From a virus (lineage: Duplodnaviria; Caudoviricetes), in the IMG/VR virus record IMGVR_UViG_3300030419_002835, positions 1 through 55,531 of that record: a stretch of DNA of 55,531 bases; one strand, written 5' to 3'. The translations under genes and the position numbers were made by a program. The number at the start of each line of letters is the position of its first letter. The first letter of the stretch is position 1. A model generated the notes under the pieces. It ran no database searches and was not told the DNA's origin. It saw only the letters and a program-made list of their open reading frames with translations. Of the stretch, positions 29,121 through 38,660 are shown piece after piece.

Positions 29121-30518
29121 ATGGCGTTAAATCCCTTTTTTACCCAAGGTACTACTGGAGAACAGAACCTCGTTCAGGATTTAATCAACGAACAGTTGAG
29201 GATGTATGGTGTTGAAGTTTATTATCTGCCAAGAAGATATATAACCAAAAATACTGTTATACGCGAAGTTGTAGAATCTAAATTTGAGAATTCTTATCCT
29301 ATTGAAGCTTACGTGGATAATTATGATGGTTATGGTGATAATACTGTTATGTTATCAAAATTTGGTATTCAAGCTACCAATGAGATAACTCTTACTATTT
29401 CTAGAGAAAGATTTGAAGATTATATTACTCCTCTTATTAGCAATCTATCTAATATTGAATTATCTACTAGGCCGAAGGAAGGTGATTTAATATACTTCCC
29501 ATTAGGAGATAGACTTTTTGAAATTAAATTTGTAGAGCATGAAAAACCATTTTATCAATTAAAGAAAAATTATATCTACACTTTACAATGTGAACTCTTC
29601 CGTCCAGAGGATGAGGTTATTGATACTGGTATTGGTGATATTGATGATGAGGTAATTGATGTAAATGTAAGAACTCTAACATTACTTGGTGCTGGTACGA
29701 TAGCAACATTAGGAGATCTATCAATTGTCAATGGTGCTCTTGGTATCGCTACCCTTACTAATAGGGGACAAGGTTATACCGTTGCTCCTACAGTGGCAAT
29801 ATCCTCTGCTCCTACGGGAGGAGTCACCGCTGTAGGTATAGCTACTTTGATTAGTAATATGATTAACTGTGAAGGAACTACAGTTGGTGAAAAAGTACAA
29901 GGGGTTGAAATAACAAATCCAGGTGCTGGATATACAGTGGATCCTGGAATTGTATTCCTTACTTCATATCCTAATCCTGGAGTGGGTGCTGCTGCAAGTA
30001 CAACCATGGCAGATGGTGCTATTGGTATTGTTACTATCACAAGTGGTGGTAGTGGATATACTACTGCTCCTGCTGTTACCTTTAGTTCTCCTGGAATTGG
30101 TACTACTGCTATTGCAATAGCTGTAGTAAGTTCTGCAGGAACGATTAGCGCAATCAGATTCAGGAATGCGGGTGCTGGATATACTGGAGGAGATTCTCCA
30201 ACTGTTACTATTGGTGCTCCATATCAAGGTGGATCAGGATCCTATGTTCAAAATGAAACGATTACTGGATCTGAAAGTGGTACAACAGCACTTGTTAAAT
30301 CTTGGGATGCAGTTACAGGAGAACTTGATATTTCTCAGGTTACAGGTGATTTCATTGTTGGTGAGAATGTCACTGGAGATGAAAGTTCAGCAGTATATCA
30401 GGTTAAATCTACTGAGAAGGATAATACAGTGGATGCATTCGGAGAGAATCTCAATATAGAAACTGCTGCGGATTCTATATTAGACTTTACTGAGAAGAAT
30501 CCTTTTGGTACTCCATAA
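29121..30518 (+). CDS. g14: Neck protein gp14 with G-x-G-Y-T repeat insertion
   Basis: EQNLVQDLINEQLRMYG..YYLPR, RPKEGDLIYFP, FEIKFVEHEKPFYQL, C-terminal DFTEKNPFG. Confidence 0.93.
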   Translation: MALNPFFTQGTTGEQNLVQDLINEQLRMYGVEVYYLPRRYITKNTVIREVVESKFENSYPIEAYVDNYDGYGDNTVMLSKFGIQATNEITLTISRERFEDYITPLISNLSNIELSTRPKEGDLIYFPLGDRLFEIKFVEHEKPFYQLKKNYIYTLQCELFRPEDEVIDTGIGDIDDEVIDVNVRTLTLLGAGTIATLGDLSIVNGALGIATLTNRGQGYTVAPTVAISSAPTGGVTAVGIATLISNMINCEGTTVGEKVQGVEITNPGAGYTVDPGIVFLTSYPNPGVGAAASTTMADGAIGIVTITSGGSGYTTAPAVTFSSPGIGTTAIAIAVVSSAGTISAIRFRNAGAGYTGGDSPTVTIGAPYQGGSGSYVQNETITGSESGTTALVKSWDAVTGELDISQVTGDFIVGENVTGDESSAVYQVKSTEKDNTVDAFGENLNIETAADSILDFTEKNPFGTP

Positions 30519-30542
30519 ATATAATATAACAGGTATCTAAAA

Positions 30543-31556
30543 ATGTTTGAATATTTTTATCACGAAATACTGAGGAAAACCATTATTGCGTTTGGAACGC
30601 TTTTTAATGGGATTGAGATTCAGCATACAGATGGTGCCGATAATACTGGGAGTGTCCAGAGTATTATTAGAGTTCCATTAGCTTATGGGCCTACCCAGAA
30701 ATTTCTAGCAAGACTTCAACAATCTCCAGATTTAAATAAACCCACTCAAATTTCATTACCTAGAATGTCTTTTGAGTTTATTGGATTAACTTATGATCCT
30801 ACTAGAAAGGTAACTACAACACAAACCTTTACTACTTCTACTGTAGGAATTTCGACTCAGATTAGAAAGGCTTATATGCCAGTTCCTTATAATATGCAAT
30901 TTGAACTTTCAATATATACTAAATTGAATGAAGATATGCTTCAGATTATCGAACAGATTCTTCCATATTTTCAACCTGCATATACTCTCACTGTAAATTT
31001 AGTTGAGACACTTGGTGAGAAGAGAGATATTCCTGTTGTTTTAGAAAATGTTACTATGCAGGATGATTATGAAGGTGATTTTTCAACTAGAAGAGCATTA
31101 TACTATACATTAAGATTTACTGCAAAAACATATCTATTTGGCAAGGTTCCTTCTGCAGACGATTCAACCAGAGATATTATCAAAAAGGTTTCTGTTGGAT
31201 ACGTTGCGGATACTTCTGCCAAGACAAGAGATCTTACATATACTGTTATTCCTCGTGCTACTAAGAATTATGATGGAGATACTGTAACTAATCTTGCTCA
31301 AGATTGCTCTGCAACTCAAACTCTTATTGAGGTTGATAGTGCAAGTGAAATTAGTGCAGACGACATTATTTCTATGAATAATGAATCCATGTTTGTGGAG
31401 AAGATAGACTCTAATAAACTCTTTGTTATTAGGGGATATGATAATACCTTACCAATTGCTCATGTGTCGGGTGCGGGTATTGGTAAGATAACAACGGCGG
31501 ATAATGCTCTGATTGAGACTGGAGATGACTTTGGATTTGATGGTAGTTACGTATGA
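30543..31556 (+). CDS. g15: Tail sheath stabilizer / tail terminator gp15
   Basis: YFYHEILRKTIIAFGTLFN, VPLAYGP.QKFL, LPRMSFE, QIIEQILPYFQP; CATAAATA at 30514-30521. Confidence 0.95.
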   Translation: MFEYFYHEILRKTIIAFGTLFNGIEIQHTDGADNTGSVQSIIRVPLAYGPTQKFLARLQQSPDLNKPTQISLPRMSFEFIGLTYDPTRKVTTTQTFTTSTVGISTQIRKAYMPVPYNMQFELSIYTKLNEDMLQIIEQILPYFQPAYTLTVNLVETLGEKRDIPVVLENVTMQDDYEGDFSTRRALYYTLRFTAKTYLFGKVPSADDSTRDIIKKVSVGYVADTSAKTRDLTYTVIPRATKNYDGDTVTNLAQDCSATQTLIEVDSASEISADDIISMNNESMFVEKIDSNKLFVIRGYDNTLPIAHVSGAGIGKITTADNALIETGDDFGFDGSYV

Positions 31557-31987
31557 AGATGACTAAAAAATTAGATGATACTTTTAATATAACTCCTACA
31601 GAAGTTACTGTAGATGAAAGTGATGTTGTTGTTGGTGTAGATCGGGAAAAACCTGATAGACTGACTAAAGATGATATTGAAAAAGATTATGAATACACAA
31701 GAGGAAATTTATACTCTATCATTGAAAAAGGACAAGAAGCAATTAACGGAATTCTTGAACTTGCTCAGGAAAGTGAAATGCCTAGAGCATATGAAGTCGC
31801 TGGCCAGTTAATTAAAAGTGTTTCTGATGCGACTGATAAATTAATGGATTTGCAAAAGAAACTTAAAGATGTAAATGAGGAGTCTCCAACTAAAGGCCCT
31901 AGTACGGTTAATAATGCCCTTTTTGTAGGATCAACTGCAGACTTACAGAAACTTTTAAAAACTGGACTAACGAAAGATAATAAATAA
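31553..31987 (+). CDS. g16: Terminase small subunit gp16
   Basis: DYEYTRGNLY, ESEMPRAYEVAGQLIK, NNALFVGSTADLQK. Confidence 0.93.
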   Translation: MKMTKKLDDTFNITPTEVTVDESDVVVGVDREKPDRLTKDDIEKDYEYTRGNLYSIIEKGQEAINGILELAQESEMPRAYEVAGQLIKSVSDATDKLMDLQKKLKDVNEESPTKGPSTVNNALFVGSTADLQKLLKTGLTKDNK

Positions 31988-32035
31988 AGGCAGGGAGATA
32001 AATCCCAAAGTAAAAACTTACTAATACTTTATAGA

Positions 32036-35000
32036 ATGTCGGAAGACAACATTGAAAATTTGCCGTCAGTAAATGATTTTACTGAGAATACTGAGAGTTT
32101 ACCCTCAGTTGATGAGTTTTTAGTAGAGAAAAAGGATTTACCATCAGTTGATGAGTTTGTTGAGAAGGAAGAAGAAGATATTGTAGAAGAGACAATAGAA
32201 GAACCTGTAGTAGAAGAAACAGCGGATCTTACAGAAATAGTACGTCTTATTAATGACGTAAGAAAGGATATCCCTGATATTCCTGAAATTAAATATTATG
32301 ATGAGCCATTACAGAAACTCTCTGAGTATGTTGAGCAGATTAAAGAGAGTATTCCTGAGATACCTGAGATAAAGGAATATGATCATGAAGTAGAAGCAAT
32401 ATGTAATCAAATTGACTTAGTAAGGGAAGAGATTAAAGGCCTTCCTGAAGTTAAGTATTATGATGAGCAGGTAACTTTAATTGAAGATAGAATTGATAAT
32501 CTTCAAACTGAAGTAACTAATCTACCTGAAGTAAAATATTATGATGCTGAGATAGAAGCAATATGTGAATCAATTGATAAGGTTAGATCAGAAATTCCTG
32601 TTTTCCCTAAATGGGTTAATGAAGTTAATGAAGTTCCTGATTTTACATGGATAGGTAAGACATTTAGTGTAATTGACGAAGACTTTGTTAAGGTAAATGA
32701 TCATATTGAAGATCTTAAAACTAAATTTGATCATGATTTTGGAAGTCTTACTGAAGATCTGGATCAAAAGGATTTTGATAAGAAAGTTGAAATAAAAGAA
32801 GTAAAAGAAAATCTTGAAGGAATAAAAGATAAGATATATCAAGAATTAAAAGAAACTTCTTTAAAAATTTGGGATCATCATACTCAATTTAAAGATGATG
32901 ATAGAAAATTAAAGAAAGAAGTATTAAGTAAATTAAATGAAGCAAGACAGAAAATTGAAGCACAGTTATCTGAAGTAGATAGTAAAAATTATGAATCTAA
33001 TAAAGATCTTAAAAATTATTTTGATGGATTAAGAGAAGAAATCTCTAATCTACCACAAGTAAAATATTATGATAATCCTATAAGAGATTTGAAGAAGGAT
33101 TTATCAACCTTAAGTGAAAGAGTTGATGATAAGGTTATTAATATTGGAGAACTTTATAAGATTGTTGAGGAGTTAAGAAGTAATCAAGAAAAACTTCAGG
33201 AAATCTATAATGATCGTCCTATAGGGCCCGATCCTAAACTTAAGCAAGCTCAAGATCCCCTTACTCCAACAGATCAACAATTTGCTACTTTAGAAGATCT
33301 GTCAAAGAATTATCGCTTATTTGTCAATAGAGTTGAACAGCAATTATATACCATTGGTGGCGGTGGTGCAGGATTCCTTAAAGATCTTTCTGATGTTAAT
33401 ATCGATGGATTAGAAGATGGTGATACTCTTATATGGAATGCATCTACTGAACAATGGGATGTAGGAGAGGGTGGTGGATCTGCGGGTACTGCTGGAACTT
33501 GGACATCACAGGGCTCTGTGGGTATTCATACCATTAAGAGTGTTGGTATAGGTACTACTGCTCGTTCTCATTTCCCATTGTGGGTTGGTAAGGCAGGTGT
33601 AACTACTGTTGCTTATTTTGATGGTGATATTTCTGTAGGTGGAACTATCTTCTATAGAGAAGTTCAACACATCGATGCTCTTGGAATATCTACTTTCCAA
33701 ACAGATGTTCAGATTCTTAATAACTTATATGTTGCAGGATTAACGACATTAGGTGCTACTAACGGTATAGGAACCGTTATGGTAGGTACGGGGAATACGG
33801 CACTTTGGGTTGATGGAGATGCTAGAGTTACGGGTATCCTCACTATTGGTAAAGGATCTGTAACGATTGATGGTACTAATAATACAGTTACTATTGGTGA
33901 CGAGAATGTAAGAATAACAGATTCTTCAGTTGTTATTGGTGATAATGTTACTATTCAAGCAGGTGCATCTGGTATTAACTCCGCACCAAATGTTTTCTAT
34001 GTTGCTAAAGATGGAGATGATTCTAATAATGGAACATCAATTGATAATGCTAAATTAACTATTGCAGGTGCTGTAGGAGTTGCTACAACAGGATCAACTA
34101 TTAAAGTTCTTTCTGGAGATTATGAAGAAGCAAATCCAATTAATGTCCCTGCTTTTGTAGCAATTGTTGGAGATGATCAGAGATCAGTAAATGTAAGTGG
34201 AACTTCTCCACATAAAGATATTTTTGCAGTAAGAAAGGGATGTAAATTATCGAACATGACGTTTAAGAGTCATGTTCATCCCGCAGCTGCAGTTGGATTC
34301 CCGACAGATTCAATCGCAGAAAATACCTTGGGCGGTAAATGGAAAGGGCCCTATATTCAAAACTGTACAAGTGATACGACTACAGGTATTGGTGTAAGAA
34401 TTGATGGGGATCAAGCAAGATCACTAAAAGCAATGAACGTCGATGCTTTTACTCAATATAATCAGGGTGGTATTGGTGTTGCAGTTACTAATGGTGGATT
34501 TGCACAATTAGTATCCTTATTTACAATTTGTTGTGACAAAGCAGTTACTGCACATAAAGGTGGACAAGCAGATATTGCTAATAGTAATTGTAGTTTCGGT
34601 ACTTATGGACTTTATGCTGATGGAGTAGGAGATTTACAATATACGGGATTCGTTACTACATCTGCTGGTACTGTTTCCCAGGATAATGTCATTGTCAATA
34701 TCGGTATTACAACTTCTACTATTACTGGAGTTGCATATACAGAATCTACTGGTGAGGCAACTGTTACTACTAGTAGTGCACATGGATTCCTAGTTGGAAT
34801 GGGAGTTAGCCTTTCTGATATTGTAATGAGTTGTAATTTGGGAACAAAGACATATCCAGTACAAACTCCATATGTCTTTACAGTAGAGTCTATTCCTTCT
34901 ACTACTACCTTTACGGTGAATTTGGGAGTATCTACTACTACCCACACTTATAGTTCAGGTGGAAAGGCAAAGATAGATCTCGATCGTCCCTATGATGGCC

Positions 35001-35668
35001 AACAGGTTTATTTTGATCAATTATATCAACAAGTAGAAAGTATTGCTGTAGGATCTGGAGGTACTGGTTATACATCCACTCCCACAGTAACTGTTGACGC
35101 TCCTAGTGGTCCTAATGGTGAGACTTGCACTGCGTTTGCTACTGTTGAAGATGAATCTATTACTTCTATTAGTATTATTAGTAATGGAACTCAATATACT
35201 GGAACTCCGAGTATAACGATTGGAGGGCCTAATGTTGGGGTTAATACTGCTACTGCTACAGCTAGCATGTCGCCTATTTATTATACGATAAATAGTTCAA
35301 CTCCAGTTACGTCTGGAATTACTACATTAACATTAGCAGAAAATTTACTTAATACCGTGGGGGTTGGATCCACTGCATTCTTCCACCAATCCAGTAGAAT
35401 CGTTGCTAGTTCTCATACATTTGAATATGTAGGATCTGGTAATACAATTACTCAGGCAACACCAAAACGCGGTGGTGTTACTAACCAAGCAAATGAAGTT
35501 TACACTGCTAATGGTGGTAAAGTTCTTTACACAAGTACGGATCAGTCAGGTAATTTCCGAATAGGTGATGATTTGTCGATCAATCAGGAAACTGGTACAA
35601 TTAGTGGTAGATCTTTCAGTAAGAGTTTGTTCTCAGAAATGACACCCTTTATCTTAGCACTAAGTTAA
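32036..35668 (+). CDS. Long fibre-like protein: acidic coiled-coil N-half fused to a beta-rich fibre and beta-helix-like C-half (1210 aa)
   Basis: LPSVxxF x3 and PE[VI]KYYD-type repeats; GGGG hinge; LKDLSDV...LIWN fibre motif; FYVAKDGDDSNNG...LTIAGA beta-helix cap motif; AATAAATA at 31979-31986. Confidence 0.7.
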   Translation: MSEDNIENLPSVNDFTENTESLPSVDEFLVEKKDLPSVDEFVEKEEEDIVEETIEEPVVEETADLTEIVRLINDVRKDIPDIPEIKYYDEPLQKLSEYVEQIKESIPEIPEIKEYDHEVEAICNQIDLVREEIKGLPEVKYYDEQVTLIEDRIDNLQTEVTNLPEVKYYDAEIEAICESIDKVRSEIPVFPKWVNEVNEVPDFTWIGKTFSVIDEDFVKVNDHIEDLKTKFDHDFGSLTEDLDQKDFDKKVEIKEVKENLEGIKDKIYQELKETSLKIWDHHTQFKDDDRKLKKEVLSKLNEARQKIEAQLSEVDSKNYESNKDLKNYFDGLREEISNLPQVKYYDNPIRDLKKDLSTLSERVDDKVINIGELYKIVEELRSNQEKLQEIYNDRPIGPDPKLKQAQDPLTPTDQQFATLEDLSKNYRLFVNRVEQQLYTIGGGGAGFLKDLSDVNIDGLEDGDTLIWNASTEQWDVGEGGGSAGTAGTWTSQGSVGIHTIKSVGIGTTARSHFPLWVGKAGVTTVAYFDGDISVGGTIFYREVQHIDALGISTFQTDVQILNNLYVAGLTTLGATNGIGTVMVGTGNTALWVDGDARVTGILTIGKGSVTIDGTNNTVTIGDENVRITDSSVVIGDNVTIQAGASGINSAPNVFYVAKDGDDSNNGTSIDNAKLTIAGAVGVATTGSTIKVLSGDYEEANPINVPAFVAIVGDDQRSVNVSGTSPHKDIFAVRKGCKLSNMTFKSHVHPAAAVGFPTDSIAENTLGGKWKGPYIQNCTSDTTTGIGVRIDGDQARSLKAMNVDAFTQYNQGGIGVAVTNGGFAQLVSLFTICCDKAVTAHKGGQADIANSNCSFGTYGLYADGVGDLQYTGFVTTSAGTVSQDNVIVNIGITTSTITGVAYTESTGEATVTTSSAHGFLVGMGVSLSDIVMSCNLGTKTYPVQTPYVFTVESIPSTTTFTVNLGVSTTTHTYSSGGKAKIDLDRPYDGQQVYFDQLYQQVESIAVGSGGTGYTSTPTVTVDAPSGPNGETCTAFATVEDESITSISIISNGTQYTGTPSITIGGPNVGVNTATATASMSPIYYTINSSTPVTSGITTLTLAENLLNTVGVGSTAFFHQSSRIVASSHTFEYVGSGNTITQATPKRGGVTNQANEVYTANGGKVLYTSTDQSGNFRIGDDLSINQETGTISGRSFSKSLFSEMTPFILALS

Positions 35669-35669
35669 T

Positions 35670-36002
35670 ATGGCACAATTAGCACTTAATAAGTTTCAAA
35701 CCGAAACCTTTGTAGTCACTAATGCAGAACAGACAGTTTATACTGCTCCAACTGGTTATACTGCGATTGTGTTATATGCTCATATAACAAATATTACCAG
35801 TTCATCCACAACGGTTTCACTTTATCACAATAGATCTGGAACACAAACAGAACTTATTGTGGGAGCTACAGTTCCTGGTAATGATGCTTATATTCCACTT
35901 GATGGAAAATTAGTTTTAGAAACTAGTGATACTTTAAGTATTATTGCAGGTGCTAATAATACATTGAAATTTATATTAAGTATTCTGGAGACGGCGAATT
36001 AA
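35670..36002 (+). CDS. Hypothetical beta-rich virion-associated protein, 110 aa
   Basis: Tightly packed in the fibre cassette; VYTAP...GKLVLETSD pattern. Confidence 0.75.
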   Translation: MAQLALNKFQTETFVVTNAEQTVYTAPTGYTAIVLYAHITNITSSSTTVSLYHNRSGTQTELIVGATVPGNDAYIPLDGKLVLETSDTLSIIAGANNTLKFILSILETAN

Positions 36003-36003
36003 G

Positions 36004-36297
36004 ATGGCACGTTTATTAAGTGTTAAAAACCTGGCGAATCCGACTGCTAATGGGCAGGTATTAAAAGGTAATACTGATGGAACTCAAGAATGGGGAGCTT
36101 CATCTGGAATATCTTCCATAACTTCTTATTTGGCTATTCGAAACAGTGCTGATGATTCAAATGTAAATTTAGTCCTAAATAATTTTAGTCTTCAAATTAC
36201 GGACAGGGATGCATCTACAGTAGATATATCTAGTCTTGTTGTTAGTGGAAGGGATCAGGACGTTCCTATCAAAACAATTATAACGGCGGCATCTTAA
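36004..36297 (+). CDS. Hypothetical protein, 97 aa, with one fibre-type motif
   Basis: 1-nt gap from the upstream stop; GQVLKGNTDGTQEW resembles phage fibre repeats. Confidence 0.7.
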   Translation: MARLLSVKNLANPTANGQVLKGNTDGTQEWGASSGISSITSYLAIRNSADDSNVNLVLNNFSLQITDRDASTVDISSLVVSGRDQDVPIKTIITAAS

Positions 36298-36301
36298 ACT
36301 C

Positions 36302-37669
36302 ATGGCTAATAGATTTCCATTAATAGTTGACAGTAGTTCAACCTCACTAAAAGAAATCCCATCTGGTGATAATCTAGATTTGAATAGTGTCGGCGTTGTT
36401 AATGCTGGTGTTATAACTGCTTCAGGAGCATTTATTGGGGCTGCTGTTACTATTAATGCTACTGGTTTGAATCTGGGAGTAGGAGTATTAACTGCTGGTT
36501 CATACACAGGTGATGCAACAGGACTTAGTACTGATGCTAGTGTTAATACTACAGGAATTATAACTTGTTCGAATGCAAATATAACAGGAGTTATCACTTG
36601 TAGTTCTTTTGTTGGGGGTTTAATTGGTAATGCAGATACTGCAAGTGGATTAGCTAATGATCCTAGCGTAACGTGTAATTATATTGTTGGATCAGGTGTT
36701 AGTGTTGTTGGTGTTGTCACTGCCTCAAGTTTTGATGGTAATGCAACAGGACTTAGTGCGTCTGCCAGTGTTAATACTACAGGAATTATAACTTGTGCGA
36801 ATGCAAATGTATCAGGTATCATAACCGCAACTACATTAGTTGGAAATGTTACTGGTAACGTAACTGGGGATGTATCTGGTAATGCTGGTACTTTCACAGT
36901 TACTGCTAATAATACTACGGATGAAACTGTATATCCTCTGTTTGTAGACGGAGCAACAGGTAGTCAAGGTGCAGAATCTGATACAGGATTCTCATATAAT
37001 CCATCTACAGGAACTTTAACAGCTTCAACTTTTAGTGGTTCTGCAACTGAAGCTGCTGCTCTTGCTACTGATGCTACAGGTACTAATTTAACCTTAAGTG
37101 GAAACCTGACAGTTCAGGGAACAGAAACGATTATCAATACTGATGAATTGAATGTTCAGGATAAAACTATTGGTATTGGATCAACTAATGCACCATCAGC
37201 GTCATCTCAGGATGGTGCTGGAGCGATAATTTATGGACAAACTCATATAAACATTTTATATGATGTGGATAAAGCAGCGTTAGGAATAAGTACAGGTGTA
37301 AGTGTTTCTGGTTTTGTAACGGCAACGTCAGGAACTTATAGTGGTAACGTTGAAGCAGCTAATTTTAACTCCACATCGGATGCTGCAGTCAAAGAAAATA
37401 TAACCCCGATTGAAGATGCTTTAGATAAGATTCGGGGAATAGATGGTGTCAATTTCACTTGGAAAGAATCTGGACTTCCTTCTATTGGTGTTGTTGCGCA
37501 GAATGTTGAAACAGTATTCCCAGAATTAGTTACAGGAACGGATAAGAAAGCAGTTAATTATAATGGATTGGTTGGTGTTCTTATTGAAACTGTTAAGGAA
37601 CAGCAGCAACAAATTGAAAAATTAGAGACAAAAGTATCACAACTAGAGAAATGGGTAGGAGGCTCTTGA
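36302..37669 (+). CDS. Tail fibre-like protein with C-terminal intramolecular chaperone (peptidase S74) domain
   Basis: Gly/Thr/Ser-rich repeats (G[IV][IV]TA); SDAAVKENI...GVNFTWK...GVVAQ.VE..FPELV...VNYNGLVGVLIE starting near 37376. Confidence 0.88.
   Translation: MANRFPLIVDSSSTSLKEIPSGDNLDLNSVGVVNAGVITASGAFIGAAVTINATGLNLGVGVLTAGSYTGDATGLSTDASVNTTGIITCSNANITGVITCSSFVGGLIGNADTASGLANDPSVTCNYIVGSGVSVVGVVTASSFDGNATGLSASASVNTTGIITCANANVSGIITATTLVGNVTGNVTGDVSGNAGTFTVTANNTTDETVYPLFVDGATGSQGAESDTGFSYNPSTGTLTASTFSGSATEAAALATDATGTNLTLSGNLTVQGTETIINTDELNVQDKTIGIGSTNAPSASSQDGAGAIIYGQTHINILYDVDKAALGISTGVSVSGFVTATSGTYSGNVEAANFNSTSDAAVKENITPIEDALDKIRGIDGVNFTWKESGLPSIGVVAQNVETVFPELVTGTDKKAVNYNGLVGVLIETVKEQQQQIEKLETKVSQLEKWVGGS
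36509..36816 (+). repeat. Intragenic direct repeat of about 80 bp, 228 bp apart
   Basis: 36509-36588 vs 36737-36816; includes an identical 30-mer AGTGTTAATACTACAGGAATTATAACTTGT at 36539-36568 and 36767-36796. Confidence 0.9.
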
Positions 37670-37673
37670 ACCT

Positions 37674-37994
37674 ATGAAATGGGAAAACAAGAGTAAAGAC
37701 AAAAAAGCAATTAATGCACGCGCAAAGAATTTATTTAAAAAGGATGTAACTGGTGAAGTTCAGAGTGTAAATGAGAGATTGAGTAAAGATGGTTTTGTTA
37801 TGTCGGATTCTCAAGTACGGGCAGCGGATAGGGAAAAACAAAGAAAAGAAAAAAATCTTCGCATGAAGCATGGTAAGAATTGGAAGCAATTTACTGCTGA
37901 TGTTCTTGCCGCAAAAGAAAGAGAGAAAAAGAGATTAAAACCAGGAGAAGTTAGAAAATTGGTAAAAGGAAAGTGGATATCTAATAAAAGGTAA
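37674..37994 (+). CDS. Basic hypothetical protein, 106 aa
   Basis: ORF fills the gap; Lys/Arg rich; ends RLKPGEVRKLVKGKWISNKR. Confidence 0.75.
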   Translation: MKWENKSKDKKAINARAKNLFKKDVTGEVQSVNERLSKDGFVMSDSQVRAADREKQRKEKNLRMKHGKNWKQFTADVLAAKEREKKRLKPGEVRKLVKGKWISNKR

Positions 37995-38023
37995 CTATAT
38001 AATAAGTCTTTGCTATTTTTATC

Positions 38024-38629
38024 ATGGATAATAAATGGAAATGGATTTCAATTGGGACTATTGGAAGTCTTTTTGCATTATCTCATATTGGAATGATAGG
38101 AATGATTTCGAGGCAGAGTAGATTTCCTCAACTTAATCTTCCTGTTACTGAACATACTTCTTACAGTGTAAAAGCAGGTAGGGATGGTTATGCAATTAAC
38201 TATCGTGCCCATGACCCTTTGATCATGCATGTGGAACGGGATGTAAAAACCAAAGGTGGGTTTCTGGGACTGGCTAATAACAGGGTTAAGACTAAAGAAC
38301 AGTACACAGTCGGTAGTAAAACACATCATGGTGGACCGGTATCTAACTCTCAGACATGGATCGATCCGTCAGCAAAAGGAGGAGAACTCAGCGACAAAAC
38401 CATCAAGTGTATCGAAGCAAGAGGAGGTGGTAAGTCTACGGGAAAGATTGTCGGGGGTAGCGTTGGGGCTACTCTTGGTAGCTCCCTTACTGGTATTCCC
38501 TTTGTTGGGTGGGTTGTTGCAGGTGCTGCTTCGATGATTGGTATGGATGCCGGATCAGAGATTGGTGGTAGTATGGCAGAGTCTTATGCGGGATGTGATC
38601 CTCTTCTAGAGATTGAAGAAGATAAATAA
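38024..38629 (+). CDS. Putative membrane protein with N-terminal hydrophobic helix and C-terminal glycine zipper
   Basis: WISIGTIGSLFALSHIGMIGMI; GKIVGGSVGATLGSSLTGIPFVGWVVAGAASMIG. Confidence 0.75.
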   Translation: MDNKWKWISIGTIGSLFALSHIGMIGMISRQSRFPQLNLPVTEHTSYSVKAGRDGYAINYRAHDPLIMHVERDVKTKGGFLGLANNRVKTKEQYTVGSKTHHGGPVSNSQTWIDPSAKGGELSDKTIKCIEARGGGKSTGKIVGGSVGATLGSSLTGIPFVGWVVAGAASMIGMDAGSEIGGSMAESYAGCDPLLEIEEDK

Positions 38630-38660
38630 AGAATGGACCTAAAATCTGGAAAAGCGCACC

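Noticed and set aside
31993-32030. Small hairpins (GGGA/TCCC; AAAGTA/TACTTT) in the leader of the 1210-aa gene
   Set aside because: Stems of 4-6 bp in AT-rich DNA are too weak to support without comparative data.
36509-36816. Possible diversity-generating retroelement TR/VR pair in the fibre gene
   Set aside because: Both copies are in-frame within one gene, mismatches are not confined to adenines, and no reverse transcriptase is present in the window.
37998-38003. TATAAT upstream of the glycine-zipper gene
   Set aside because: No recognisable -35 or TG extension; the hexamer is common at this AT content.
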